Source: Chrysemys picta bellii
Taxonomy: Eukaryota
Length of the DNA: 64,000 nt
Reading direction: 5' to 3'
Assembly: GCF_011386835.1 (NCBI RefSeq)
Contig: NC_088794.1
Coordinates: 57,722,001-57,786,000, forward strand
Part shown: piece by piece, positions 13,081 through 30,026 of the stretch
How positions within the stretch are numbered: the first letter of the stretch is position 1
How the letters are laid out: the number at the start of each line of letters is the position of its first letter
Position numbers and translations under genes: made by a program
Notes under the pieces: generated by a model
Seen by the model: only the letters and a program-made list of their open reading frames with translations
What the model was told of the DNA's origin: nothing
Database searches by the model: none

Positions 13081-15186
13081 CGTTGTTCTGCCTACTTAGC
13101 ACTGACGTGCTGGGATTAAAAATATTTTCCTTGCTATTAAATGCTGTGCTCCACCCTGTCGGAAAAGCCACTTCCAGCAGAGTGAGAAGTTTGGGTTCCA
13201 ATAAAAGACATTTTAAAGATTGTTTTTGGCCTTGGAAGCCCAGAGCTGCCTGTATCCACAATGAAAAGGTGGATAGCCGCGCTTTCCAGCCCTCTCTGGG
13301 AAGAACCAGACTAGCTGGCTTGTGAGCCGTACAGGCAAACCTAGCCCATCCAAAGGAGATGGCCTGGGTGGCTGCATTCCACAGCAGTGCAGTGCAGGAG
13401 AGACTCTGCACAGTCAGTATGTAATTGGAGTTTGAGCGATTACGAAGAGGATTTTCCCCTTAATGCCAGCTAGAGAGACCGGCACATGAACCAGTAGGAT
13501 GGCTGGAATTAACTGGAGGACATCACTGAGTGTGCTGTCAGACCTGGCTCTTACCCTGGCTTGGGTAAACTCGCCTCCCCAGCCCCCTTCTCAGCCAGTT
13601 AGGAAACACCCCGTTAGTTTGTTGCAGATGGGGTTTGAAGAAGGGTTTAATGCTGGAATAATTCATTTGATTAGTAAGCTGCTTGCAATGTTTGATAATA
13701 TTTTTAGACGGGGCAGATTTTGCTAAGCTGCAGAGTTCAGATGAGCTCCGTTAAAGCCGGTCTGGGGATTACTGTGGTTAATTCAGCACTTGGTTTCTTT
13801 AGCAACCGATTTCCCTGTATCCAAACTCGCTTTTTTAGAACTGAAAAATCTTGGTGCAGATGCCAAGACAGGAACCCTTTTGAGAATGAAAATGGCATTT
13901 GCCTACAACATGATGCAAAGGAACTGCCAGTGGGGGCAGCATTAGGAATGGGAAAAGGGGGTTGGGTGTATTGGTGGGGATTATCCGTGCAGCATTGGTG
14001 ACTGCAGAGGGGCTGTGTGGGTTAGTGATGGACCATCATGTAACCTCTCCTGCTTCTGGTCAAATCCCAAACAAGCTTTTTTCAAGAGAATATTCATGTG
14101 GAGGAGGGTTTAATTTGAAATCACTAGATTTCACTAGACTAGTGAACTAGAAAGAGGCTTTTCCCATGACTCTGTTGATGACCATGCCATAGTTACAGTG
14201 AACTTGGATGATTTTGGGGATGAGAGCTTCAGAAGCAATGGCCCAAGCATATGCCAGGCACTGATGAAATGAAGCAGTTACCTGCTCTTTTCACAAAGTA
14301 CATGTATATGCTTTTCTCCTCCCATGTTCCTAGCCCTGAAAGCCTCTCCCGCCTTTAACTCAGTCTAAGAACATTCTCAAACTAACATTTTAAGCTGTTT
14401 TAATGTCTGCAGTTGCTTTGGAGGGCACCCCCCTCCCATCTTGGTTTTAAATTCTTGTGGGAAGTGGGAGCTAGCATTTTTAAAGCTGCTAATCTTTCTC
14501 CCTAAAGATAAGTCAGTAATGTTGTGTATGAGTTCCCCCTCCAATCAGCTTGAAAAACCCCACACCTTCTTTGAGGAAGATTGTTGCAGGCAACAGGCCA
14601 TGAACAGAGTCCAACAAACTGGTCCTGGATTGAAAATTTAGTGCATTCTTTAACATCTGATTGTCAGCCTGCCAGCTCCTGAGCTGCACATAGAGTACAC
14701 TAACTCTACCTGTTTGTTCTTTATCTGTCAGTAACCAGATATTCTAGGACATTGCTGTTGTGATGGCCTCTTTATTATTTTCCACCTAAAATAAATCAGT
14801 GTAAGATAACTGCAAAAGCAAACTGTGTAAACTATATTTAACTACTCCAGTAAACCAAATTCATCCTGCTGCACGCACGTCACATGATGTCTGCTGGTAA
14901 ATCCAGACTCGAGGACATACCAAACTGCAACAATCCTGATAAGGAAAAGCAAGCTAAAAAAAGTTACTTTCTGCAATCACAGCTTTAAAACATACAGCCG
15001 CCTTGGTTGGGTCTAAGATTGTCTTAATCTGCTTCTAGTGCAAGTGGGTTGTGCTCTGGTTTCTGGATGCCAGTACTACTGTTTCACTAGCCTGAGGGTT
15101 CCTTCTTAAAAGTTAGCACTTATTATGAAGAGCAGTGTCAAGGTAAATTACAAGAACATAGCATGGAAGTTTGAAATGGCTGTTAC

Positions 15187-15639
15187 TAGAGCCCTGTGTG
15201 GATACCAAATTTGTTCCTGTGTCCGATCCACAGATATCAGCATCCACAGATTTGCAGGGCTTTAGGGTATGTCCAGACTACCTGCGTATGGGTGGGTAAC
15301 TATCGATTTATCGGGGATCGATATATCGTGTCTCGTTAAGACGCGATATATCGATCCCTGAACGTGCTCAACATCGACTCTGGAACTCCACCGAAGCGAG
15401 CGGCGGTAGCGGAGTTGACGGGGGAGCCGCGGCCGTCGATCCCACGCCGTGAGGACCCAAGGTAAATCGATCTAAGATACTTCGACTCCAGCTACTCCAT
15501 TCACATAGCTGAAGTTGCGTATCTTAGATCGATTTCCCTCCCCCCCCTCCCCGCAATGTAGACCAGCCCTTAGATATAAAATTTAGTTCTTCATCCATCT
15601 GCGATCTGCAAAAATGGTCCACGGATTTGCAGGGCTCTA
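15187..15639. mobile_element. hAT MITE hosting a Harbinger MITE
   Basis: TIR TAGAGCCCTG/CAGGGCTCTA; 8-bp TSD GCTGTTAC/GCTATTAC (7/8). Confidence 0.8.
15265..15569. mobile_element. PIF/Harbinger MITE, CpG-rich
   Basis: Ends GGGTATGTCCAGACTAC...TGTAGACCAGCCC; 3-bp TSD TTA. Confidence 0.88.
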
Positions 15640-16701
15640 GCTATTACTTTGCCTTGAGCCCTTGTCTGTTATGGACAAACGGAGGTGTCACACACTTCAT
15701 GTGGTAAATGTAAGCCCTGTCTACTAGTCTGAAAGCCCTGGCTGTTAAAAACTACCATGCTGAATATGTTTGTATAACTTAATGGTGGCCAAATTGTTTT
15801 CCCTGCTTGTGTGGAGAAAACCGCCATGGTTCAACCTTGGTAAGGAGTGAGCTTTTGTTGTCCAATTCCCACCATTGCTAGCACAGGTTCAACTCTACTC
15901 GGGTAGTAGCAGTGGGAGCCAGACTGTAGATGACTTGCTGGTGTCCACTAGCATTTTAAATAGTCACTTAGATGTTGGGCCGAGTGGCTCTGGACAATGT
16001 GGTGATTAAAACTCCAGTGGCCAAAGGAGCCCTCTCTTCACGAATGCTCCTGCTCTTGCTACCACAATACAGCCTACAGTGGTAGTGACAGAAAACTATT
16101 GGCAAAAATCCCTAATGTAAACACACTATAGGGCCTAATGATTCAACAATCTTCCTCCAGTCACCTCAAAAGAACCTGCATCCTCTTAGAAGGAATCAAG
16201 TTTTAGCCTTGAATTTGATTATGACGTCTCTGTCCATACTGACAAGAATAAACTGGTATGACATGGTTTAGCCACAACCATGTTTAACCATTACTGTTCT
16301 TGTGCGGTCATTGATTAGAACTTGTTCCCAAGAAGGCATCCTAAAGTAACTGTACCTACTTGAGGGTCGATGTCATTTTCAAGAATCTTATCACAAGGTT
16401 CTTTCACTGCTTCAAATCCCATTCATTGTAAATTACAGTCCTGGACAGCGCAGTAAGCCTGGCAGTTGAGTAATGGTGGCAAATAAATTGCTCAAGTGTC
16501 TCCTGTATGACAGTGACAGTGCAGACTGAGCAATCTGTCCCCCGTTACTGTAGCGCCTCACAATATTTTATTTCTTTCATATTACTTAACCTCTCTGCCT
16601 CAGTTCCCTATCTGTAAAGTAGGGATAATCTCTCAAGCTGGGAAAACAAGCCTTGCAGGTGTTTGTCCTTGTTATGCTCTTCCTGTATTCCCACTTACTG
16701 A

Positions 16702-16986
16702 GGGTACATCTACACTACAGGGGGGAGTCGATTTAAGATACGCAAATTCAGCTACGTGAATAGCGTAGCTGAATTTGACGTATCGCAGCCGAATTACCCC
16801 GCTGTGAGGACGGCGGCAAAATCGACTTCTGCGGCTTTCTGTCGGCGGCGCTTACTCCCACCTCCGCTGGTGGAGTAAGAGCGCCGATTCGGGGATCGAT
16901 TGTCGCGTCCCAACGGGACGCGATAAATCGGTCCCCGAGAGGTCGATTTCTACCCGCCGATTCAGGCGGGTAGTGTAGACCTAGCC
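16702..16986. mobile_element. PIF/Harbinger MITE, inverted relative to the 15265 copy
   Basis: Ends GGGTACATCTACACTAC...GTAGTGTAGACCTAGCC; 3-bp TSD TGA. Confidence 0.88.
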
Positions 16987-18829
16987 TGAGAGTGGGATGT
17001 TCAGATATATTGAGTCAGATTAAAACCCTTTTCAACCAAGCCCCCCCCCCCCCCAGGGAAAGTCCCTTCATGTTGGCCCTGGTACAAACACTTCAGCTGC
17101 AACTCTTATTCACGCAACCTGCAACAACATGCACCCTTGCTACTGTTTATCTTAGCTATTTCTGTTCTGTTCATATTCTTATACCATGCCCATCACTGTG
17201 GTATCTGAGCACGTAAGATGCCTATCCCCTTGGAATCTGGCTGCGAACAGACCAAAATTGTTGTACACTTGGTTTTTAGCAGTGCTTCCTGCAGGATTTC
17301 TCTGGTTGGAGCAACACAGCTGCTCACTGGCCTGAAGGGCTGTGATAGTGTTACTCCCATTGTGTATTTGGGCTCAGTGGGTGGACAAGTTCTCCTTGGG
17401 GTGGGTCACCTTGGATTAAACATTTGTTCTTCCCCACCCCTGAGGTCCATCTCAGTTTGTACCTCCCTGCTTCTGAAAGCATCCAAGGAAGCTTTTGGTT
17501 TTAACGGTTTTGCAGGTCTAGTTTGCTGTGTAGAACCCCCCTAATACCACCTGTCTTGACTTTTTAATATTTTCTTCAGGACTCTCTTCTAACTGTGCTG
17601 CACCCTGGCTCAGTGGGGGGCTTTGTTAATCTGCACTCAGGATGATATTTCATCCCTGCTAAGAGGTACAATTAAATCACATGCCTCACAATCAATGAAG
17701 GGGTCAAACAGGACCAGGGAACGCGTTGTGGGGTTTATCATCAGATATGGGACTCTGTGCTCCACTTCTATAGGTTGCAAAAGCAAACCAGTATTTACGG
17801 ACTCTTCAAAGCCAGTTTTATTTCCCATTTAAAGAGGTTCTGGGGAAGAGATTTTCAAATACTGTGCCCAAAACTTGCACTTGTTTCCCTTTCACATCTT
17901 CCTTATCACCACTCAAGGTAGAGAGCAAGAATGTTCTCACTCTGATCATACAGTTCCAAAAGCTGAATTCTGAAGCAGTTTGGGACTAACCCTGGCACTT
18001 TCGTTCTCCTCTCATACTAGGATTTTATGAGAGAGAGCAGGCAATAGAGTCCTGAACTGAGTCTCGCTGCTGGATGAAGTGGAAGGAGAGGCCAGCTAAG
18101 AGCTCTGATTACAATTGAAACATCTGTAATAATAGCAGAGGAAACTGAACATTAATACAATGTCAACTGCTTTTTGTTGAAATGTTCTTACTTTTCAGCT
18201 TTTACCCTGGTGTGCCAGGTCCTCCTTTAATGTAATTTTGGGGCTTGCAGTGTTTTTAGTCCATGGGATGCTTCTTCCCCCCTGGGGTAAATGTCTTTTG
18301 AGGCCCTGTTCACACTTCTACCCTGACTCTTGCCATTGCATCTTCACTTGCTACCCAGGCTAACCAAATCAGTGCACAATGTGACGCTTTAGTTTCAATG
18401 CGTAATCTGCTGTACGAGTGACACCTGTGCTTTTGTCACCAGCGGGTTTGCCGATAAGGGATGATCCCCCCCCCGTGTTCTGTGTTTGAAGGATTACTCT
18501 AACCATTCTCGGTTTGGGTCTCAGGGAGCCTGAGAAGGGTTCAAAGAGATGTTTCAAGGTGTGCAGGGCCGTATGCTGGATCCTTGCTTAACCTGGGGTG
18601 TCGGGTGACTAATCGGCATTAACCTGCTGCTGACAGAAATGACTGAAGAGAGAATAGCCATTCTTGAGCAAAGTGTGACTTTGGTTCCTTGGGAGGCAGA
18701 GCTGTTAGCTCTGGTAAGGGAACATTGTGTAATGCTCGTTTGTTACTGCAGCAGTGGGGACAAAGAAGGGAGCCCATGGGCAGAGCAGAATGAGTCACTA
18801 GAGCGTTTCCTGCGAATTTCTGTTGTTAA

Positions 18830-19066
<237 letters not shown>

Positions 19067-19703
19067 TAATTCTGGGAATTGCCTCCAGCTTGGATACTGG
19101 TCACGTTTCTTCACTAAGCCAGAAAGGCTTTTGTCTTGCCAAGGCTTCTCTTCCCCAGGTGCTGACTCAAAAGCCCGTGCGAACACCTGAAACTGACAAG
19201 TCTGTCCGCATTCTATTACATCCTGAACTCTTTGAGTGGTCCTTACCTTCGCTGTTGGAGTGGGCTTTGCAATGAAACCAGACATCCTGAAAACAAGAAC
19301 ATTTCTCTTGTCTAACGTGCAATTAAAGCCAATCTATTCCTGGGTTAGAGACTTTATGGGCTTCCTTCTTCTCACAATTCAAAACAACCACTTTAAAATT
19401 GTTTTGACCATTTTCAAGGCGTTTTGAAAATCTTAACAAAGCAGATCCACTTATAGAACATTTCATGTTCTGCTAAATCGTAAAACCACCTTGTCCATGT
19501 TGGCATTTACACTCATGAATGATTAACTTGTTAACAGAGCTGTCTTTAAGAAATTAGAGAATTTAAATGCAAAGTTCTTGTTAGACGTTTGTTTTCCCTT
19601 GCAGTGTTGGCAACATAGACATTGCAGCCTTGTGCTAGCTCATGACAGACAGGAAGTGAAACTGACTAAAAACGCAGCTGGTAGAAGGTAATTGGCCTGT
19701 TGA

Positions 19704-19937
<234 letters not shown>

Positions 19938-20558
19938 TAAACCAAAACAGGGTATATCCTGAAACCTCCAGTTATGGTCAGCAAATATCTTGATGTTCTC
20001 CTTGAGGCATCAACAAGCCATGTAGGAAAGAACTGAACTCCTCCGACAGGTGGTGTGTTAGTGACAAGCCATGCAGGGTTTTAAGTACCCAGTCTGGTGA
20101 GCAGCAGGAATGTTCTGATGGATTTTGATGGGGAAGTTCGACATGTGAAGATCTCAAACCACTTTCCAGAAAGAAAAACTGGTGGCACCAGCAGGCTCAT
20201 TTCTTTAGATCTCATGAAAAGTGGTGACTTGTATTTTAAAGTGGGATTTGATGGAGCTTGGCTGGTTCAGGGAATGATTAAGGATGTGCCTTCAAACTCT
20301 ATCCACCCACGCATTGTCCAAGCCACAGAAAATGGAAAAATTCCCATTGTAAAGGTGCTTGCAGGATGACCGTCTTGGGAGGAAGGAATGTATTATAATA
20401 TGCTCTTACCTTAAATACTTGCTTTAAAATGCCCCACTCTGTTCCTGGGTGTGTACCAGTCTGACTAGATGGACAGGTAGGGGTGCAGGAGTTGGCCTGG
20501 TGTCCTGGCAAAGAGGCCTGTGTGGGGAATAACCACTGGTGGACAGAGACCTCGTTAA

Positions 20559-20771
<213 letters not shown>

Positions 20772-21016
20772 TAGTCTTGGGAACTTTCTCAGCCCTGGGG
20801 GAATACGAGGAAGTGTTTCAATATTGCATAAACACACATGAGCAAGTTGTCCCCATTTTCACACTTCCTAGAGGGGTGTGTGTAACTGCCCTGCAGCTGC
20901 ATTTTCCAATATGGCTGCTCCAGGAGCCCAATCAGCAGATGTTTCCATTCTTCAGTGCAAATGGTCTATGGTTGAGTAACACTGTTCCCTTCCTGCTCTG
21001 TGCTGGAGTTCCCTAA

Positions 21017-21211
<195 letters not shown>

Positions 21212-21372
21212 TAAGCGCAACTTACGCCGGTTTCGCATTGCGCTGCCAGTGTTTTTGTAAATACCATGCTCACCCAGACTCCTGACTGCCACTTCTCAGC
21301 CCCGTCTCGAGAAACATTCCAGGGATTTCACAGAGCTCCAGGACTACTTAGGCGTGACTAGATTACCCCTAA

Positions 21373-22053
<681 letters not shown>

Positions 22054-22689
22054 TAATGGAAAATATATTAAATTACCTTGTGGTTTTCACTGTCCAGTCG
22101 TCCTCTTGTATGACCAGTCCCTGGGTGTATCAGTGGAGCGTTTTTCTGTCTCTGCATTGAACGGGGCTGAATGCTGGTCAGGAAGGGGAGTTTGCAGAAA
22201 TTGTGAGCTTCTCATGCTGTGTTTTAGAGCCTGTGGCTAGACAGCCAAGGTAAACTGGCTGTGGGGAGGAGAGGAGACTTGCAGGGTGTATGACTAGGCA
22301 GAAGTCTCAAGAGGCCTATAGATATTATATGTATTGGGGTCTAAGCCACGCCCAAATAGTCTGATTTAACTCCGTGACTGGAGTTCAAACCAGGCCCTGT
22401 GGTCCGCAGCTCAGCAGTACATCCTGGAAGAGCCATGCTTGTGGGTCCCATAAAACTCGCATGCAGTTCATAGGGGTGGCCTGTCCAGTTTCTTGGGATC
22501 TGCTCCCTGACTGGCATCTGTCTTCCTCCCTCACCTAGGAAACAAGCCCGATAGCAAAGCTGTGTCTAAGCCTTTCCCCTGGGATGGTTACCTTTTGAGT
22601 TGGGCATAGACTTCTCAGCTCCTGTGTGAGCATGTGCAATGTTTAGATACTATTAATGCCTCTCAGGCCAAAGATTGGAAGTGGTATAC

Positions 22690-22822
22690 AAGCAACCCTT
22701 CCAGTCCCCCTGTGAGTCAGTAGTTATCCCATTTTACAGAGGGGAAACTGAGTCAAGTTACATGCCCAGAACCACACAACAAGTCTCACACCTGGGAATA
22801 GAACCCAGGAGCAGAAATCCTA
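22690..22822 (-). mobile_element. MIR-like SINE
   Basis: TTATCCCATTTTACAGAGGGGAAACTGAGTC...GGGAATAGAACCCAGG (reverse of the MIR core). Confidence 0.7.
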
Positions 22823-22914
22823 TTTTAATGGGGCTTTTCTGTTGCTGCCAGTACCCTGGTTTGCTGGCAGTGGAAGGACTGAATGTCCTTTGCTTTTCTC
22901 TGCTTGTTCCATAG

Positions 22915-23022
<108 letters not shown>

Positions 23023-23533
23023 TAATGGACCCAAGGGCAGCCAGAATCTAGCCCTTTCACCACTCTCTTGTTCATGGCAGGCAGCTGCTGATGATTTTAT
23101 TCTCCATGGTATCTGCTCTGGCATGGTAGCTAGAAGAGACTAGCAGTCAATGTACTTTTTCTGATTATGTGAGGTAAGGCCTTCAGGTTTCCCTGACCCT
23201 TACTGTTCACACATGCACTATGATTGCCTCCAGGAAATGACAGAAAATCATAAAGGGCCTTAGGCTCTGATGTCAAGGTGCATGCTTTAGCTCTGCAGTC
23301 ACTTCCTCTGCTGTACATGTTTGGCCCTGGATTGCATCTGTCCTGAGAGCCTGAGCAGCTGTGGATCTGTGTGTTCTGTGGCAGTTTGCATCCTGGGCTG
23401 CCAGCTCCCCATCACTAGTGTTAGGCTAGGAGGTTATAGTGGTCCCATCTTTCTCGGGGGCATGGTGTTAATTTGGAACCCGTTTGCTTTGCTGTGTGCA
23501 GATCTCTAGTTTGTCTAATGGAATGGTTTCTGA

Positions 23534-23671
<138 letters not shown>

Positions 23672-23781
23672 TGAGTCTGATCCTTCAGGATACACAGCTA
23701 TTCCTTTCCTTTAACTTGTGCCGATAGATTGGTCTTTCTCTGGCTTCAGTGGCATTTAAATCAGACTCTGTCGTGTCCTAG

Positions 23782-24015
<234 letters not shown>

Positions 24016-25294
24016 TAGGCAAGACCCATCCTTTCCCCAGTGTTCATTATCTGTCTTTGACTAGCAATGACCTCTTACCCTTGCTAAGAGTAGGAGCATT
24101 AGGAAGAGTTCATACATAATAGAAGGAAATAGTGTCTCTCTAGACAGTTTTCCCTATGTCAGTGCATGGCTGACTGCTGATCCTGGAGGAAATTGTTTTC
24201 AAATCATGGGAAGGTGGATGCCCACTCTGTCGTGCTTGTGCAGGAAAGCCTTGCTAGAAGCTGCTGAGACATTGTATACAAAGTTTCTCTGTTTCCCAGC
24301 TTGCTTGGAGATTTGCCTGAATTGCTATTTCAACACAGGCGTTGCCGGTAATGCTCTTGCATGCCAGTGTCAGAGCCATAGGGGTAATGGTGATTGGATT
24401 GGTGTGGAATGGAGCTCTGGACTGACTGCATCCCACACTGCTATATCTTGGCTATATAAAGCAGGTCTGTTATAATGAAGTGATTCTCTTGTTGAGTGGT
24501 TTGAAACTCCCTGATGTCTACAGAATTCCTGGATGTACGTTTATGGGGCGGGTGGGTCGTGCATCTTGCTTGTAAATCCTTCTGGAAGAGCCGGCACAAA
24601 GCAGGGATCTGACACCTTGCCCCGTTCACATGCTGTGTGTATGTGTGTTTACCTTACAAGCTGAGTCCACTGCAGTGGAGGCCCTGGCGGTAGCAGTAAA
24701 TGCTCTTCTCCCCAGGAATATGCGTACTAATTTGTTTATACACCAAAGGAGCCCAAACTTTGCCCAACCAAAAGGCTGTGTTGGCAATCTGCCAGGGACT
24801 CGAGGGTTGCATGTAATTTGCCTGTCTGCTTGGAGCAAGCTGCAACATTGCATGCTGGGGGCTGTAGTCCCTCAGGGTGGCTTTGCCAGATTAAATATGA
24901 GATGCCAGAAGCTGAACTATGGGGCCATACTGACTACCCCATACATGTGCTAAATAAAATGGGGGGGTCTGTTACAAAGCTATAAACATACCCATGTTCT
25001 CTTTTTTTAAAAAGTGCAGTTGGAGGTTAATCCCGGCCTAGGTCTGTGTTTATTTATTTTAAAAAGAGAAGTTAGCTCTGATCTCTCCTCTCTGAACCCT
25101 TGTACCTGCTGGATGTTATGCCTAGGCCATGAATGCCAAGCAGGTGATCTTGAAATGACACTTCCGGGAGGGGAAGACTGGGCTGTGAGGGGCCAAGTGC
25201 CTGTTGCCATGCATACTGTAAAGCTGATGCAGCCCATTCCTGCTCCTGAACCTTGGCATTAGGCAGATGTCTGCAATGAGACTCTTGCTCGTAG

Positions 25295-25471
<177 letters not shown>

Positions 25472-25742
25472 TAAGAGATGAAGTGTTAAATGCTGCTGAG
25501 TGGAGCACCTGTTCCTTTACTGCCTGTCTGGTCTTTGAGCTTCATCGGAGGGCTGACTTGAAGTCAGGCTGCTCAAGAAGATCCTTCCTCCACCCGGAAC
25601 CTCATAACCCATGGCTAGTCTCATGAGAAAGTATACGTCTCTCGGGGACCTTCCATCATTTGTGCTACCATTTGAGTGCATGTATCCTTGGCCAAGGACA
25701 GCCAACTGGACTTAGAGACCTAAGTGACTTAACATTAGCTAA

Positions 25743-26240
<498 letters not shown>

Positions 26241-26888
26241 TGACTGTGCATGGAAGATGTACTGATTCCTGTGCTTAGACACCTCAGTCAACATATTGCA
26301 CATGCAATGTGGGGGGTACAACTTGTGACCTTGGGCTCCCAAAACTCCCTGCCCTCTATGTGGGGAGCTAGAGCAGCTCCTCTGCTAGTTTAGCCTGTGG
26401 AGGGAGCTGATCATGCCTGAGCAGGTCTCCTCTGGCACTTAACGTAGCTGGGGCAGTCATGAGCATACCAAGGGGAAAACTGGAGTGGAGGGTGAGGGAA
26501 AAATCCAATCCACTGCTGTGTTGGTGTCAAAATGTGAGCTCCACCTGCTGTCCTCAGTGCGTCCAGGTGAGTCAAAGGGACTCCCCCTTACCTTGGGAAG
26601 GGTGAGATTGTAATGTAGGGGGTGCACTTTTTTCTTGCCATTTTGGGTTCTCGTTGCTGCCTGAGTGACCTCACCTTCCACAGCCACCAATGGGAGCTCA
26701 CCCTGGGGAGAGGCACTAGGAACTGATCTCCCCAATACCACAGCCAGCTCATGTGCAGAGACCACACCCATGGCCCTCTGATCAGCAGAAAGCATAACCC
26801 CTCCGCTGCCAAGCGCTCCAGCCAGCTCTGCCCTAGTGCGTGTGTGGGCCCAGTGCACCAGCCAGTCGTGTTCTGGCAGAGCCTGTGA

Positions 26889-27281
<393 letters not shown>

Positions 27282-27284
27282 TAG

Positions 27285-27404
<120 letters not shown>

Positions 27405-28221
27405 TGAGAGGCTGCAGCCGAGTATCTGGCCTAAAGCATCACATGGCAGGGGGTCCTGTGTCTGTTCGTAGAGTTTCTGCAGCCCAGGAGATGACATTGT
27501 GGGCAGTGGTTTGAGATTGGGATGTAGCTCAATACAAAGACTATAGAGTAACTACAGAGCAACCTGTGTGGCTGGGAAGGACTTTGAGCCTGGGGGGACC
27601 CTGTAACCATGGACTACTGCAGTCACAGAGCTTTCTTGGTTTGATTTTTCTCAAAGGGGTGCAGGGTTACCTATCATATATACTGGTCTCTCAGCAACAC
27701 AGTTACTAGCTGGCTTGCTCTTGCCCATCCATGCAAGCCAGACCCAATATCTGTCTTGATTTGGGAAGGACCCAATGGCTACAAAACACTGCATTTCTCT
27801 TCCCTTTCCAGCTGGTCACTCCCACCTTCCTGGGCACAGCACAGGCCTTGCAGTTGGAGTGACTCTGTCTCTCCCTTTGTCAGGACCACACCAATTCTCT
27901 GACCTTTAGCTAAGGACAGGAACTGCTCTCACCCATTTGGGTGGGAAGTTAGGGCCTCCAGGATAGCAGGACACTGCACCTTCTCAAATAGCTGGGCAAG
28001 ACCTGCCCCTGCCCCAGGGAGTGAGACTAGATATGGAGCGTGGACCCCTGGGAGGGGTCAGTAACGAGGTTGGGCTTTTTGGCTTCATCAACTAGTAACC
28101 CAACTAAATGGGTGAATCTGAAGCATCGGGGGTAAAAAATTCCCCCCATTTTCATAACTCTAAGCCGCCCCAGTGTAATGAGTTCACTGTCCTCAACGTC
28201 TTCATCCTGTTGTCATTTTAG

Positions 28222-28407
<186 letters not shown>

Positions 28408-29448
28408 TAGGAGACACTTTCTGTAACACACAAAATTTCAACCACTTGAGTTTGCATTTTAAGTTGTTAGAGCATTTATTTCTTTGAACTTTGGGTAAAA
28501 TAAATTCTCAAATCTGTTTTTTTGGCTCTGAGGTTAAAATGATTTAAATCATCCTTGGTAGCAATATTACCTCGAATGGACAGCCATCACCACCACCCCT
28601 TGTGTTTCTTGGCACGTGGCTCTCTCTGTAAACAGGATTATAAACAAATACAGCTATGCGTTCGGCTCTTTGCCATACACAAAATCAAGGCAGTCCCTGG
28701 CCCGATCTAAGAGAAATGCAGGGAATGCAATACACTGGGGAAATCCAGAAGTGGCAGATGGTTAAACTTGTTATAAACGAAACTCTACCCATGGGCATTG
28801 CAGAAGGGAGTTTTGGTGTTATAGACCAGTAGCTGCAATCCTTTCCCTTGATGCCGAGTTATTTTCATGCCAGTCGAAACACGTACAATGCCAGCATTTT
28901 GGACCAGCTGCTGTAAATTGGTGGAGCTTCAGTGACTTCAAGGGAGCTCATATCAGCTGCAGAGCTGGTCATTTCTCTTTTGAAAGGACACTGTCAGATT
29001 AAAATGAATGTCCATTTAAAAAGAATTTCCTTGCCTGTGACTGATTGCCTTAGATTTTTACAAAAGATAATTTTATCACTGATTTACTTTTCCACCATGT
29101 CAGAGGGCTGTATTTTTACCTAGCATTCAGTTGGGGCACTGAAAACATGTTGGTCAGTTTCTCTCTGGTTCTCCAGCACCAGGGATCCTGCAGTAGTTGA
29201 ATCACATGGAAAGGAGGTGAGGTTATCTTCCAAAGGGAATCATTTATCAGGGATGGTATTGTAAAGGGTTTTTACAAAAGCTAGAGCTTGGACCTCACTG
29301 TCCTGCATTGCATATGGCTATTCTTGTGTGCCTACATGTCGTCAGTATCACAACATCCACACGTGTCATGGTCTGGCCTCTGGTCAGCTCTTCTCTGGCC
29401 CCATGCTGTTGGTGAGCTCTGTACTGGTGACTGACTTGTCCTTTCTGA

Positions 29449-29541
<93 letters not shown>

Positions 29542-29631
29542 TAAAGGAAGCTACTTGAGCCCCGAGTTGAAGTGGTCCCCAACCAACAGAGCTGTGAGGG
29601 ATCTGATCAGGGCCCAGCAAAGCTGTTAGAG

Positions 29632-30026
29632 CAGTGGTTCTCACCCAGAGGTATTTAGAGGTCTTCCAAGGAGTGCATCAACTCATCTAGATGTTTGCCT
29701 CGTTTTACAACAGGCTACATAGAAAGCACTAGCAAAGTCAGTACAAACTAACATTTCATAGACAGTGACTTGTTTATACTGCTCTGTATACTGTACACTG
29801 AAATGTAAGTACAATATTTGTATTCCAACTGATTTATTTTATAATCATATGGTAACAATAAGAAAGAGAGCCATTTTTCTGTAATCACCGGCTGTGCCAC
29901 TTTTGTTTTTTTATGGCTGGTTTTGTAAGCAAGTAGGTTTTAAGTGAGGTGAAACTTGGGCTACTAGACAAGACAAATCAGACTCCTGAAAAGGGTACAG
30001 TAGTCTGGAAAGGTTGACAGCCACTG
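29632..30026. mobile_element. Charlie-type hAT non-autonomous element
   Basis: TIR CAGTGGTTCTCA/TGACAGCCACTG; perfect 8-bp TSD TGTTAGAG. Confidence 0.9.

Noticed and set aside
19605-19687. Apparent cassette (poison) exon in AHCYL1 intron 2 (ttttcccttgcag ... AAG|gtaatt)
   Set aside because: It would leave only a 56-nt intron before exon 3, below the usual vertebrate minimum, and nothing else supports it. RNA-seq could revive it.
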